Shown here: positions 13,321 through 26,375 of the stretch, piece after piece
Position numbering within the stretch: the stretch's first letter is position 1
How the letters are laid out: each line of letters starts with the position of its first letter
Assembly (NCBI RefSeq): GCF_009914755.1
Contig: NC_060931.1
Direction: 5' to 3' (one strand)
Length of the DNA stretch: 64,000 nucleotides
Origin: the human T2T-CHM13v2.0 reference genome, Homo sapiens
Made by a program: the position numbers and the translations under genes
The notes under the pieces: generated by a model
What the model saw: the letters and a program-made list of their open reading frames with translations, nothing else
Databases searched by the model: none
What the model was told of the DNA's origin: nothing

Positions 13321-13814
13321 TACAAAAGGTATTTTAACATATAGGACATTGTCCAGGAATCTTTAGGATTACCAGGAGTATAATTATAAAGTTTTTTATT
13401 CTAATTTGAGCCCCAATACAGTTGCTAAAATGGACACTTATAGACATAAGTCATTTAAATGATATAGTCATTTTAAGTAAGAATAATATTTCTTATACTT
13501 AGGACTTACACTTTTAATATTTTAGATGCCTACTTACCAAGAACAAGTTATATTAATGTATGATATTTTGACCTCAATCTCTCTGAGAAATATTTGACTA
13601 AAGGTTATGTTTTAGTTTACTTGTGAGAGTGTGTGATGTCTTCATGAATAATGAGATGTTTAATTCAGTAGTCATACATAAATTTTTAAAATGTTTTCAT
13701 GAATTCACATATTTTAATCACTCATTCAATTAGTTTTGTGTGTGTCAATATAGTAAGTGTTAAAGAAAATATATAATTCATGTAAGTCTAAGCTTGAATT
13801 AATGAGCACAGCCT

Positions 13815-13960
13815 TTATAGTTAGATAAAATCGGGATTAAATCTGACCACTTACTAATGGTGTGACCATAGGCATATTATATACCCCCTCTACAGGAACA
13901 GAGGACAGAAATAACTTCACTAGTCACTACAAAAAATAAGCATGATGATAACATACTAAG
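13815..13960 (+). mobile_element. MIR remnant
   Basis: gggattaaatctgaccacttactaatggtgtgaccataggca (MIR core). Confidence 0.6.
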
Positions 13961-14046
13961 TGCAATTCACCTAGATTCCAGAAAATGTGGTTGTTTTCTT
14001 GTTTTATAAGATTTAAACATTCTTTTGATGTCAAGACATAACATAT

Positions 14047-15393
14047 TGACACTCAGATAGATAAAGAGCAGCACTCTGTTATTTAAAGCTTCAAAAGAGA
14101 GGCTGCCAGACAGGGTCACACAGGGGGTCGCATCTGGGGACAGGGTAACAGCAAGCCAGAGATATAGGGAGCAGTAAAAGTGTGGCAAGTTGGTAGGTTT
14201 AGGTTTTGCTAGCTCTTACAGAATTGGCTAATTTAAATGATTTCTCTGGCTTCAGGGCATAGGGGCTTTCTCTTGTTGTCTGGTACCTGGCCCTGGAGCA
14301 ATTAGGGCTGGTGCATGGTGATTCCTGAGGGTGAGAGCCTTATAAGGGAAATAGCTGGTCTGTGGACTTAATCAGCCACTCAAGAAAGGGAACTGCCTCA
14401 ATTTCAGAACTTGTTATTGGTCTATTCAGGGATTTGACTTCTTCCTAGTTTAGTCTTGGGAGGGTGTATGTGTCCAGGAATTTATCCATTTCTTCTAGAT
14501 TTTCTAGATTGTTTGCATAGAGGTGTTCATAGTATTCTCTGATGGTAGTTTGTAGGTCTGTGGGATCAGTGGTGATATCCCCTTTATCATTTTTTATTGT
14601 GCCTATTTGATTCTTCTCCCTTTTCTTCCTTACTAGTCTGGCTAGCAGTCTATCTATTTTGTTAATCTTTTCAAAAAAACCAGCTCCTGGGGAAATAGGT
14701 ATGCTTTTACATTGTTGGTGGGAGTGTAAATTAGTTCAACCATTGTGGAAGACAGTGTGGCAATTCCTCAAGGATCTAGAACCAGAAATACCATTTGACC
14801 CAGCAATCCTCTTACTGGGTATATACCCAAAGGATTATAACTCATTCTGCTATACAGACTCATGCACACGTATGTTTATTGCAGCACTACTCACAATAGC
14901 AAAGACTTGGAACCAACCCAAATGCCCATCAATGATAGACTGGATGAAGAAAATGTGGCACATATAAACCATGGTATACTATGCAGCCATAAAAAAGGAT
15001 GAGCTCATATCCTTTGCAGGGACATGGATGAAACTAGAAACCATCATTCTTGGCAAACTAACAGAGGAACAGAAAACCAAACACCACATGCTCTTGCTCA
15101 TAAGTGGGAGCTGAACAATGAGAACACATGGACACAGGGAGGGGAACATCACACACTAGTGCCTTTCTGGGGGTGGGGGGCTAGGGGAGCGAGAGCATTA
15201 GGAGAAATACCTAATGTAGATGATGGGTTGATGGGTGCAGCAAACCACCATGGCATGTGCATACCTATGTAACAAACCTGCACATTCTGCACATGTACCC
15301 CAGATCTTAAAGTATAATTTAAAAAAAGGGAACTGACCAGCCTCTAGCCTGGGTCTCAAAACTGAGTAAAGACAGCATTTTACAAAATAAACA
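14047..15393 (-). mobile_element. ERVL LTR (MER74/MER73 group), split by an L1PA
   Basis: ttgtctggtacctggccctgg...ttagggc; resumes after the L1 as accagcctctagcctgggtctcaaaactgagtaaagacagca. Confidence 0.7.
14396..15321 (+). mobile_element. L1PA7-like, 5'-truncated with 5' inversion
   Basis: TSD aa(g/a)aaagggaactg at 14382-14395 and 15322-15335; antisense ORF2 14396-14690, then sense ORF2 end + 3'UTR (gatgggttgatgggtgcagcaaaccaccatggc). Confidence 0.92.
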
Positions 15394-15784
15394 AATTGAC
15401 AAAAACAAACAATATAAGCAAAAATATTATATTTCCCCCTCTATAAAATGATGTGATTGTGTATAGAAGTCGTACATCTATTCAACCAATGCTACCTTAG
15501 CAAGGTTACCTTTGATTACTCTGAAGTCTTCAAATCCTAAGTACATGAAAGAGGGTTCTGAAGATATTGGGACAAATTAGGTATATTTTTAAATATTTAG
15601 AAATAGCGAATGGAAATGATCTTTTAAACGCTAAGTTGAGTCAAACTATCATCTTGGTCATTTAAATATGAGATTTGTTTGTTTTATATTAGTTTTATTT
15701 GCTTTGTTTATTTCAATAATGAGTCTCCTTTTTCCCATATCACTTTTGACTTGTTTGTGAGAACATTGCATAACTGTCTGGCCT

Positions 15785-16629
15785 TGATATAGTTTGGATG
15801 TTTGTCCCCCTTCAAATCTCATGTTGAAATATGATTCCTAATGTTGAAGGTGGAGCCTGGTGGGAGGTGTTTGGCTTGGGAGTGGATCTCTTATGAATGT
15901 CTTGGTGCCCTCCCCATTGATGAGTGAGTTCTCACTCTATTAGTTCATGTGAGATCTGGTTGTCTCTTGCTCCCTCTCTCACTATGTGACACGCCTGCTC
16001 CCCCTTTGCCTTCTGCCATGAAGAAAAGCTATCTGAGGCTGGAACACTATTGACTCCAGTAAGCATGGCACCACGTCTGAGAGGCCAAAGAAGAGACCTG
16101 GAGCCAGCAAATGAGACACTGGGTTTATTGGGGACTTACATACAGGGCAGTCCAGGAGTGGCAATCTGGCCAGGAAAACTGCTCCCATTTGCAAAAAGCA
16201 TGTAGGTTATATAGCATTTTCACTTAGCAACCTCTATGTAGCAACCTTCTGTTAGCAACCTTCATTTAACCCAAAACAAAGGACCTTGATCCCCTGTACA
16301 GCCTGCCTTGCAAGGGATGGGCCACAGGTTTGGATATCCTTCATAGGTAAGGAGCAAATCTCTGAGTTGGCCACTCTTGGATTCCTTAGCTTGGAACTCT
16401 GAACACACATTCTTCTTAGACCACAGGGTCATTCTCAGGGTGTGCTTAAGTTATTACTATCAGGTACATCTGTCATATAGGCCTCACTAGAAGCTGAGCC
16501 AGTGCTGGTGCCATGTTTGCAGAGTCTGCAGAACTGAACCATGAGCTAAATAAACCTCTTCTTTTTTAAAAATAATAAATTACCCAGTCTCAGATATTCT
16601 TTTATAACAACAAAAAATGGACTAAAGCA
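15785..16629 (+). mobile_element. MaLR MSTB-type LTR, interrupted by LTR47
   Basis: tgatatagtttggatgtttgtcccc...aaatctcatgttgaa...ataaattacccagtctcag...ggactaaagca. Confidence 0.88.
16040..16479 (-). mobile_element. LTR47-like ERVL solo LTR
   Basis: Reverse complement of gcacaccctgagaatgaccctgtggtctaagaagaatgtgtg; host aggc repeated on both sides. Confidence 0.75.
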
Positions 16630-16694
16630 GAACTTTTGCAAGTTAACTAACCTATTTACATGTTAGTATATTCATCTAGTAGAGTCTGATATTC

Positions 16695-17310
16695 CTGTAT
16701 CTAATCAGAGAGACAGAATCACTATGAGTGATATAGAAGAAGAGCTTCATTACAGAAGTAAGGCTTTATTGAATTGTGCAAGCTGGTGAAGTCTATACAA
16801 GTCTGTTGCCTTTGTGTCTGGTATTGCTCTGAAGTCTCTATGGGTCTGTCAAGAAAGTATGATAGATATGAAGAGTAGAATAGATATACACTGGAACAAT
16901 GAGAACAAACAGAAACACATGATGACAAATGGAATCCATGTCTGTCCCCCATGTTTCCAACCCCAATGGCTTGAATATTCTGCCAGAAAAGAAAGTTCTT
17001 TGCCATCAAGTTGTGTAAGCATCTGGCCTCAGAAAACTTGAAAGCACATCTGGTGGAAACTGATGGTGCTACACATGTCAAAAAGGTGTGCCATTTTATC
17101 AGCAACACTGTCTATACTCTCTGCCACTGCACTGTGCCTGGCACCCTACACCGACCCACAAAACATAGTGGTTCTTGCCTCACATCTGCCTCCCAAATCT
17201 CACACAAATTCCTCTTGTGGTCAACACAAACCCAGGACTACACAGCAAAGGAAATTCTGGAAAATATAGTTTTAGCTTAGTAAAATTGACACGCCCCATA
17301 GCCAACTGCA
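16695..17310 (-). mobile_element. Old ERVL LTR (LTR41/LTR50/LTR52 group)
   Basis: tcccaaatctcacacaaattcctcttgtgg...ggaaattctggaaaatatagtt...aaattgacac. Confidence 0.6.
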
Positions 17311-18228
17311 CCTCAAAATATAAAAATTTGTTACACACTATACATATTATAAGTGCATAAACAAAAATGTTTCTTGATTTCCATAACTTTATTAGTCAAA
17401 TATTTACTTGGAGACTACATTTGAATAATTAACAGAGTGCTGGACATTTAGGAGACCTGACTTCCACTCATGGTTCTACCTTTAAATAACTAATATAATA
17501 ACATTGACTTTTCTGGATCTCACCATTATCTGTAATTTAATACATTTTTTATGGTTGGAAAAGTGCATGAATTTTATGTTAGAATTGAAAGTAAAGAAGT
17601 AAAGCTAGTTCTGTTTTTTAGAATATGATTGGGAATATATAACTGGAAAACAAACAAAAAATTTATGGAAAACTATCACAAACAAAAGTAAAACAGCAGG
17701 TTATAAATCAACATACAAAAAAATTAGTGGCTTTTGTATACATAAAAACAAGAAAAATTGTGATGAAAGAATACAATCAATTTATGATAAAAAATAACAA
17801 AAATAACAATAATAAGATCTAAGCATAAGCTTAATAAAAAGTCCAAAACTTATGAGAAAAATTTACAAAGATTACTGAAAGACATCAAAGTGTAATTGAA
17901 AAAATGAAAAGACATTTTTGGATAGGAGAACATCTTAAAATTTTCTTCCTAAAGTAATGTATAAATGTAATGCAAAGCAATAAAAATAAAATTAGATTTT
18001 ATTCTGGATACAGAAAAGTTGAATATGGAAAAAGAATGTTATAAAGATAGCATCTTAAGTCTAAGAAAACATGGACTTCTTAATAAATGATATTGGAATA
18101 ATGAAATAATAATATGGCAAAAGATATGGTTGGTTTCTTACATTTAAATTACAAATAGGTAGGACATTGTAACACAGGCGTAAGAAAAAATAATGTAGAA
18201 AAAAAATTAATACGTTTATTTGTATACT

Positions 18229-18304
18229 TTTTTTTTGAGACAGAATCTCACACTTTGTTGCCCAGGCTGGAGTGCACTGGCATGATCTCAGCTAATCAAA
18301 CCTC
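18229..18304 (-). mobile_element. Severely 5'-truncated Alu
   Basis: T-tract + gagacagaatctcac...gcccaggctggagtgcactggcatgatctcagct; TSD tatact at 18223-18228 and 18305-18310. Confidence 0.85.
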
Positions 18305-18589
18305 TATACTCCAGATGTATCAACTCACAGGAAAGAGAAGAAAATGTTAAATGATAGTAAATATTGAGTCAGCAAAATTCAGACTGAAAATAAATCTGTA
18401 AGACAAATAAACCAGATGTTCTCAACAAACAAATTGCAAAGACAAAAAAAAAAAGAGAGATGGAAGGATGGTACAGCTCTCAACTAACCACAATGTATAG
18501 ATTCTAATTCAAACAAACTGTAAGAAAATAAAAACTATGAAACAATCCCTGAAATGTGAAAAACAACTGACTATTTAACATTAAGGAAT

Positions 18590-19206
18590 TGTTACCCAGT
18601 ATAATGCCCAGTGTAATGCCTACATGACATAGTTGAATTTCTACCCCACCCTTGCTTAATCTTTAAGAAACAGAATGCCTGCAATGATCAGTTCTCCACC
18701 TAACCAGACCGGCTGAGACTGGTGAGATCCCAGATGGCAGCTCACGACCTCTGAAGAACCTCTAACTTCATAATAACCTAATTTCCATGCTAAATGACAC
18801 TTCCACCAGCACCATGATAATTAACAATTACCATGACAACGACCAGAAGAAAGCATAAAAGGACAAAAAGGAGGGTGCTCTACAGATCTAGGAAGTTCTC
18901 CACACATTCCCAGAAAAGATATGAATGTTTCTCCCATTGTCTTTAATGCCCAACCCCTTCATTAAATATGCCCTATTTTATATATATATGCATATATATA
19001 TATATATATAAAATAAGCCTATATCTGTGGCTTGCCAACTCTCTTGAGATGAGAAGTTGATTTGTGAGCCACGCTTCCACTTCTCAATTCCGTGGACATT
19101 GAATAAAACCTACATTGCTTGTGGCTCACATTTGATTGAGTATTGACTTCAAGACACCAAACAGAGAAAGATCCGACCTTTTGGGTGACCAGCTTTGTCA
19201 GTAACA
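18590..19206 (+). mobile_element. Solo ERV1 LTR, MER4 group (LTR29/LTR48/MER66-like), with internal (TA)n
   Basis: Inverted termini tgttac...gtaaca; 4-bp TSD GAAT; gctaaatgacacttccaccagcaccatg motif; aataaa near 19102. Confidence 0.8.
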
Positions 19207-20026
19207 GAATCATTGTTTATTGAAGCATGGATAAAGGCAATAAAATTACCCAGCTTTAAGAGTCCTTACCATTTAAAAATACATACTAAAATAGTTACAG
19301 TTTTAAAATGAAGAGTAGGTTTTTTCTAAGCATATTTCCTCTATAAGTGAATTTGTAGTAGTTATGCTTGTTTTGTTTTAGTTTTTCATTTAATACTTCC
19401 AGTTATTTTCTTCAAAATAGTCCAAGATAAAACAAGAAAGTTAAAAATAGTAATGTATAATATCATTGTACAAATCAAAGATATACATTATTATGGAAAC
19501 CATCTATTTAAAATTGTAATAATTTTTGACAATGTACATTGTATATGTTAGTACGTAGGGTAGAAGATTAAATGAATGAATTTTTAAAAATTTAACTCAC
19601 TTTCATTGAGCATCTATTACTTTCCAGAGACTGTTGATAATGGATTAAATGTTAAAAAGACACAGTTCCTAACCTTCGAAAAGCTTACAGTGTAGCAGGT
19701 GAAATAATGTACACATGCACATAACTTTAACACTAAGTAGACTCTAATATATTATAATAGTAATGCTCACTAAGGTCTATGGACCCTGAAAACTATTCAA
19801 TGATCCTAAGGGAGAATGAAAAATATTTCATGGAGAAAATTTTTTTTGAGCTGGATATTAATGGATTAAAAAAAATCAGAAGCTGTAGTAGATTAAAAAA
19901 AGTTTCACAGTGGATAAAAAGGAGTTTCCAAGTATATGGAACAATACAGGCAAAGACAGCTGGTGACAAGGAAGAATATATTTATGGCTAGAAGATAGTA
20001 CTTTAAGAATAAAGTAGTGGTGCTTG

Positions 20027-20809
20027 TGTGTCCAGAATTGGTTCCTTCCGAAGGGTTATTGGTCTAGCTGACTTCAAGAATGAAGCCACAGACCCTCGCA
20101 GTGAGTGTTACAGTTCTTGAAGATGGTGTGTCCAGACTTTGTTCCTTCAGATGTTCAGATGTGTCAGGAGTTTTTTCCTTCCAGTGGGTTCGTGGTCTCG
20201 CTGACTTCACAAGTGAAGCTGCAGACCTTTGCAGTGAGTGTTACAGCTCTTAAAGGTAGTGACGACCCAAAGAGTGAGCAGAAGCAAGATTTATTGTGAA
20301 GCGCGAAAGAACAAAGCTCCCACAGTGTGCAAGGGGATCCAAGCAGGTTTCCTCTGCTGACTTGGGTGGCCAGCTTTTATTCCCTTGTTTGGCCCCACCC
20401 ACATCCTGCTGATTGGTCCATTTTACAGAGCACTGGTTGGTCCATTTTATAGAATGCTGATTGGCACATTTTACAGAGTGTTGATTGGTGTGTTTACAAT
20501 CCTTTAGCTAGACACAGAGTGCTGATTGGTGTGTTTTTACAGAGTGCTGATTGGTGCATTTACAATCCTTTAGCTAGACACAGAGTACTGATTGGTGTGT
20601 TTTTACAGAGTGCTGCTTGGTGCATTTATAATCCTCTAGCTAGACACAGAGTGCTGATTGGTGCGTTTTTACAGAGTGCTGATTGGGGCATTTACAATCC
20701 TTTAGCTAGACACAGAGCGCTGACCAGTGCATTTACAATCCTCTAGCTAGACAGAAAAGTTCTCCAAGTCCCCACTCAATCCAGAAAGTCCAGCTGGCTT
20801 CACCTCTCA
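20027..20809 (-). mobile_element. Solo LTR12 (HERV9 LTR)
   Basis: 4-bp TSD CTTG (20023-20026, 20810-20813); gacttcaagaatgaagcc, gtgagtgttacagctcttaaagg and gctgattgg repeats; ends ggcttcacctctca. Confidence 0.95.
20405..20752 (-). promoter_or_regulatory. LTR12 U3 CCAAT (NF-Y) tandem array
   Basis: 8 intact ATTGG (20412, 20460, 20484, 20525, 20550, 20591, 20657, 20682); 66-bp period made of 41+25 bp subunits. Confidence 0.75.
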
Positions 20810-21002
20810 CTTGGAGGGAAAATCACAAAAGATAATGGTAAACATTCATGGAGGGCTATAGTGTCCACATAAGGTGTTTTTAGCGTTAGCTTAGAAATTT
20901 GATTTTCTTTAGTAAGGCAGTGAGACATAAAATTTAAGCAATATCTTACTGAAAGGCATACTTCTCTTTCTTAAACATTGTTTTGAAAAAAAAAAAATCA
21001 TT

Positions 21003-21311
21003 GGCTGGGCATGGTGGCTCACACCTGTAATCCCAGCACTTTGGGAGGCTGAGGCGGGCGGATCACAAGATCAGGAGATTGAGACCATCCTGACTAACAT
21101 GGTGAAACCCCATCTCTGCTAAAAATACAAAAAATTAGCCAGGTGTGGTGGTGGGCACCTATAGTCCCAGCTACTCGGGAGGCTGAGGCAGGAGAATGGC
21201 CTGAACCCAGGAGGCAGAGCTTACAGTCTAAGAGCCGAGATCGCGTCACTGCACTCCAGCCTGGGTGACAGAGCGAGACTCTGTCTCAAAAAAAAAAAAA
21301 AAAAAAAAAAA
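21003..21311 (+). mobile_element. AluY
   Basis: gagaatggcctgaacc and gagctt diagnostics; A24 tail; TSD (A)n-tcat; 4-bp ctaa insertion near 21228. Confidence 0.93.
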
Positions 21312-22829
21312 TCATCTATGTATACGTGTAGGGAAAATAATGTAATGAGAGTTCCCATGTACTCATCACCAGCTTCAACATGGTTAATCCCTCATTCACT
21401 TTCTTCGCCCTCCCATTACAGATTGTCAGATATTAAGAAATCAGATACTGCATCATTAGGAACTGTGTCTTTTTAACATTTAATCCATTATCAACAGTCT
21501 CTAGAAAGTAATAGATGCTCAATGAAAGTGAGTTTAATATTTAAAAATTCATTCATTTAATCTTCTACCCTACTTACTAACATATACAATGTACATTGTC
21601 AAAAATTATTACAATTTTAAATAGATGGTTTCCATAATAATGTATATCTTTGATTTGTACAATGATATTATACATTACTATTTTTAACTTTCTTGTTTTC
21701 TTTATCTTGGACTATTTTGAAGAAAATAACTGGAAGTATTAAATGAAAAACTCAAAACAAGCATAACTACTACAAATTCACTTATAGAGAAAATATGCTT
21801 AGAAAAAAACCTACTCTTCATTTTAAAACAATTTTAACAGTATTCTCACTAGAGGAACCTTTTAGCCAGGGGACTTGTCAGTTCCATGCAATCTGCAATC
21901 ATTCTACTTTCATCAGCTCCTAGAAAGCCAATTGCTTCAGTAATAAACAAGAGGCTTCCTCTTGCAATTGATATCAGTCTAATTCAAGTAAGACACTTCT
22001 TTGTGAACATGCTCATTTGAAATGTCATTAGAGGACAAAACGAGCCTGTAGTAATGAATAATATTCTACTATATTTAAAGTAACTTTAAAACTGCTGATA
22101 TTGACATAATAATGATAAAACTATAATTATCAAATACCAGTATTTCATATGGGAATTGTGAGAAATCCCTGTCATTTTTATGGCACAGGTTTGTTGATAA
22201 AATTATCTTAAATGGAGAAAAGTGCAAAAGTTGGATCACTAGATAGTTATTCCTGAAACTTTATATTATTTGGAGATTCAAAATATTAAATATATTATTA
22301 GATTTTAGACATGAGAGGAAGGTTATCTGATCACTCCGTACCTTCAGGGATCAGGCAACTGAGGGAGAAATGAGTAGTTAGGTTTCTGATATTGATGTTG
22401 AAGTTACAGACAGAGTCCAGCCTGGTCATGACAGAGGGGCAATCCTCACAGCTCCCCCGACTTATAGAATGTTGCCCATTCCACTCCACCAAGTTGTCTG
22501 TTGTTTGATCTCAAAAGAGTTGTAGTGATATTTTAACAGCACCAACTTTCACCAATATTGTTCATAACTTGAGAAAGGCATCTCTGGCATAACCACATTT
22601 CTAGGTTATAAGGTAGAAAAGATAGCAAATACAATGCTATCTTTGCTATGAAAGTTAAGATTAAGAAATGCTGAAAAGGTACATAAAAAAGGTTAGATAT
22701 AGTATAATTTCCTAGTGATAAATGGAATCTTAAATAATAAATAATATGGATTAAGAATTGCACATATGGAAACCAGAGTTAAGTTCAAAAAGTCTGCAAT
22801 GAAATGTGGCTATCAGAAGTGCTAATGCC

Positions 22830-23322
22830 TCGTAGTCCATGGTGTATACATACCACATTTTCTTTATCCAGTCTATAATTGATGGGCATTTAGGTTGATT
22901 CTATGTCTTTGCTATTATGGATACTGTGCAGCCATAAAAAGAGAACGAGGTCATGTTCTTTACAAAGACATGGATGGAGCTGGAGGCCATTACCCCTAGC
23001 AAATTAATGCAGGAACAGAAAACCAAATACTGTATGTTCTAACGTATGTTATATGTGGAAGCTAAATGATGCGAACACATAGAAACACAGAGGGCAACAA
23101 CACACACTGAGGCCTGTCAGAGGGTGGAGGGTGGGAGGAAGAAGAGGATCAGGAAAAATAACTAATGAGTACTAGGCTTAATACCTGGATGATAAAATAA
23201 TCTGTACAGCAAACCCCCGTGACACAAGTTACCTAGGCAACAAACCTACACATGTACCTTTGAACTTAAAATAAAAGTTAAAAAAAAAGTTAACAGGGAA
23301 ATAACTTGAAAAAAAAGAAAAA
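22830..23322 (+). mobile_element. L1PA13-like 3' end with short 5' inversion and double A-tail
   Basis: TSD agaa(g/a)tgcta(a)(t/a)gcc at 22815-22829 and 23323-23337; antisense 22833-22920, then sense 3'UTR ggatcaggaaaaataactaatgagtactaggcttaatacc. Confidence 0.88.
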
Positions 23323-23740
23323 AGAAATGCTAAAGCCAATGCTTACTTTTTCTTTACTTACACAATTTCAATCGGGCAAAATTTCATTGGAAAAAAATAC
23401 TGTAAAAAAGTACAAAAAAGTGTTATCTATGGCAATATCTTGGCACATTTATTTTTTCATATGCATATAAAAATATTATTTTAACCTATAATATTATTTT
23501 TGACCAATATTTAATTAAAATAAAAGTATATTTTAAAATGTCAAATGCCATGGAAAATGATGGAAGTTAAAGTCTACTGAGGGTTCATTGAAATGACAAG
23601 ATCGTTAATGACTTCAGTGACATTAATTCAAATGAACCTGGAAGCTACAGTGATTTGAGGAATGATCAAATAATTTGCCATTATCTTGACAAAATTTAGA
23701 CTTCATTTCTCTTATTTAATCAGTTTTAAACCGTTTGTTT

Positions 23741-24165
23741 TATGTTAATTTTCTATTTCTGTGTAACAAGTTATCACGAATGTATTAGCAGCTTACAACA
23801 TTATCTCACAGTTTCTTGGGTTGGATGTCTGGGAGGTTTGGGCCAGGTTCTCTGCTAAGGATCTCACAAGGCTGAAAATGAAAGTATCTGTTGAGCTGGG
23901 CTCACACTGAAGGCTCTGGGGAAGAATATGCTTGTTTACTCACTTGGGTTGTTGACAGAACATAGTTCCATGCAGTTGCAGGGCTGAGATCCCATTTCCT
24001 TGCTAGCTGTTGGCTAGGGGTCATGCTCAGATTGCAGAAGCCACTCTCTAGTCCTTGCACGAAGGTCCCACATCTTCAAAGCTAACAATATCACATTGAC
24101 TCTTTAAACTCAGGCATATCCAGGGGACATATAGGAGAAAAGGGAAGTTTGGGGACAAGATAATA
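23741..24165 (-). mobile_element. MaLR LTR (MLT1E-like)
   Basis: tctcacaaggctgaaa...ctgaaggctctggggaagaat...tgcagttgcagggctgagatccc. Confidence 0.7.
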
Positions 24166-24782
24166 TAAAAATGAATTGTTTTAAAAAATGAAATTCATTT
24201 AAACAGAAAAAGAGAAGACTTAGGACTTTATGTTCAATACTAAAATACTCTAGCAATTTTCATATGGAGAAATATTCAGACTTCCCTCTGTGGTTTCAGA
24301 GGAAACTACCAGGGCCTATCTGATAAAGATATGTTAAATTAGATTTGGGCCCCATATAGGAAAGGATTTGCTTACCTATAAAAGTCTCCACAATTGTCAC
24401 GGACAGATGGTTTTATAAATCAATCTCTCAGTGGTGTTTTTCAAGTATAATTCAGTGATGTCTATAAAATATAATAAAGGGATCCATTCTTCAGAAATAG
24501 AACTAAAGCAAATAACTTCAGGTAATATCTCACTCCTCAATTCCAAAATCTGTTAAAATGTGTAAATTCTGTCATATACTTTCCTAGGTAATAAAAACTA
24601 CTATATATATCTCAGTAATAAAAAACTCGTTTACTCTACTTATGCAAAAACATATTAAAGTTCATCAGAATGTAGAAATATTCCTCTACTTGTGGACATA
24701 AGCTTAGGCCTATTGAATACTAAGGTTTCTCTCTTGTTCTAGAGCTGTATTGTGCAATGGGGTGACAGTTTCGTCACTGTTC

Positions 24783-25200
<418 letters not shown>

Positions 25201-25244
25201 TTATAGACATCACCCATTATATTGCTCTATAGTGATTTATTAAA

Positions 25245-25540
25245 TGTTTTTGTTTTTATTGATGCATAACAGATGTACAAAGTTTCAGCATACATGTGAT
25301 AATTCAACACATTTATATAATTTGTAGAGGTCAAATCAGTATACTTGAGATATCCATCACCTTAAATATTTGTCTTTTCTTTATGCTAGAACCATTCAAA
25401 TTCTTCTTTTCTAGCTATTTTGAGATGTATAATGGATTACTGTACACTATAGTTATCTCACTGCTCTCTCTAACAGTAGGTCTTATTTCTTCTACCAAAG
25501 TATATATTTGTACCCATTAATCAACTTCTTCTTTAATCAC
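25245..25540 (-). mobile_element. L1MA 3' end
   Basis: tcaaatcagtatacttgagatatccatcacc...tctagctattttgagatgtataat. Confidence 0.8.
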
Positions 25541-25544
25541 CAGC

Positions 25545-26375
25545 TTGCTCCTGCTATGTGTCTAGCATTCTTCCAGACACTAGAGAAAAAGCTGTAAAGA
25601 CGGGGAAAAAAACAAACAAACAAGAATTCCTTCCCTAAAGCAGTTTACCTTCTAATGTAAGGTGACAGTAAACAAATTAACGAGTGAAATATAAAGTATG
25701 TTAGATGGTGATAATTGCTATGGAAAAACTAAGGCATCAAATCAGAATTGGGATTGCTGGAGGGGAGAAGCAGGATAGAGGATGCATTTGGAACTGCGAT
25801 TTTCATAAGTGGTTTGGAAAGGTCTCGCTGAGAAGGTGGCACATATGCAATGGAGGGAGAGAGGGAGCCATGTGAATGTCAGGGGGAAGAGTGTGATGGG
25901 CAAATATCAAGTGCAAAGTTCCTGCCCCGTACTTTGGACGGAATATACAAAGAACAGCAACAGGTAGAAGGCATTACGGCTGGAGCAGAAAGAAGGAGGG
26001 AAGAGGTGGTCAGGGATAAGGTCAGAGATGTAAGACAGAGAGAGATATGTTTTTGCAGACACTGTGTATTTCTCTGCTTTGCTTTGGGTAAGATAAGATA
26101 CAATTCAAGAATTTTAGCAAAGGAGGAACTTAATTTCCCTTATGTAAAATATAAACAATTACATTTATATTTTTAAAAATCTCCCTAAGGGAAATTTTCC
26201 AGGGAACAAAGTAGATGCTGGGTAATTAATTAGGAGGGAAGAAATGAAGTCGGCTTGAACTAAGATGAATGTTGAAGGTTGTAAATAGTAAATTCTGGAG
26301 ATAGAGCCCACAGCATTTGCTAACAGATCAGACATGTCCTGTGAGAAGAAGAAATGTATCAAGGATTCTTTAAGT
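25545..26375 (-). mobile_element. L2
   Basis: aaggtctcgctgagaaggtggca; gagggagccatgtgaatgtc; ggaggtagagccc-like; atcaaggatt. Confidence 0.7.

Larger units (their letters stand above)
17570..19330 (+). mobile_element. Old L1MC/ME fragments hosting an Alu fragment and an LTR
   Basis: ataaatcaacatacaaaaaaattagtggc; ttctcaacaaacaaattgcaa; attaaggaat|cattgtt continuity across the LTR. Confidence 0.6.

Noticed and set aside
20405-20752. Regular repeat array superficially like CRISPR
   Set aside because: There are no unique spacers; it is the LTR12 U3 tandem repeat in primate DNA.
21840-22060. Unique-looking stretch with ctacag and gtaaga splice-like sites
   Set aside because: The minus-strand frames after the acceptor-like site all hit stops, and there is no convincing acceptor-donor pair.
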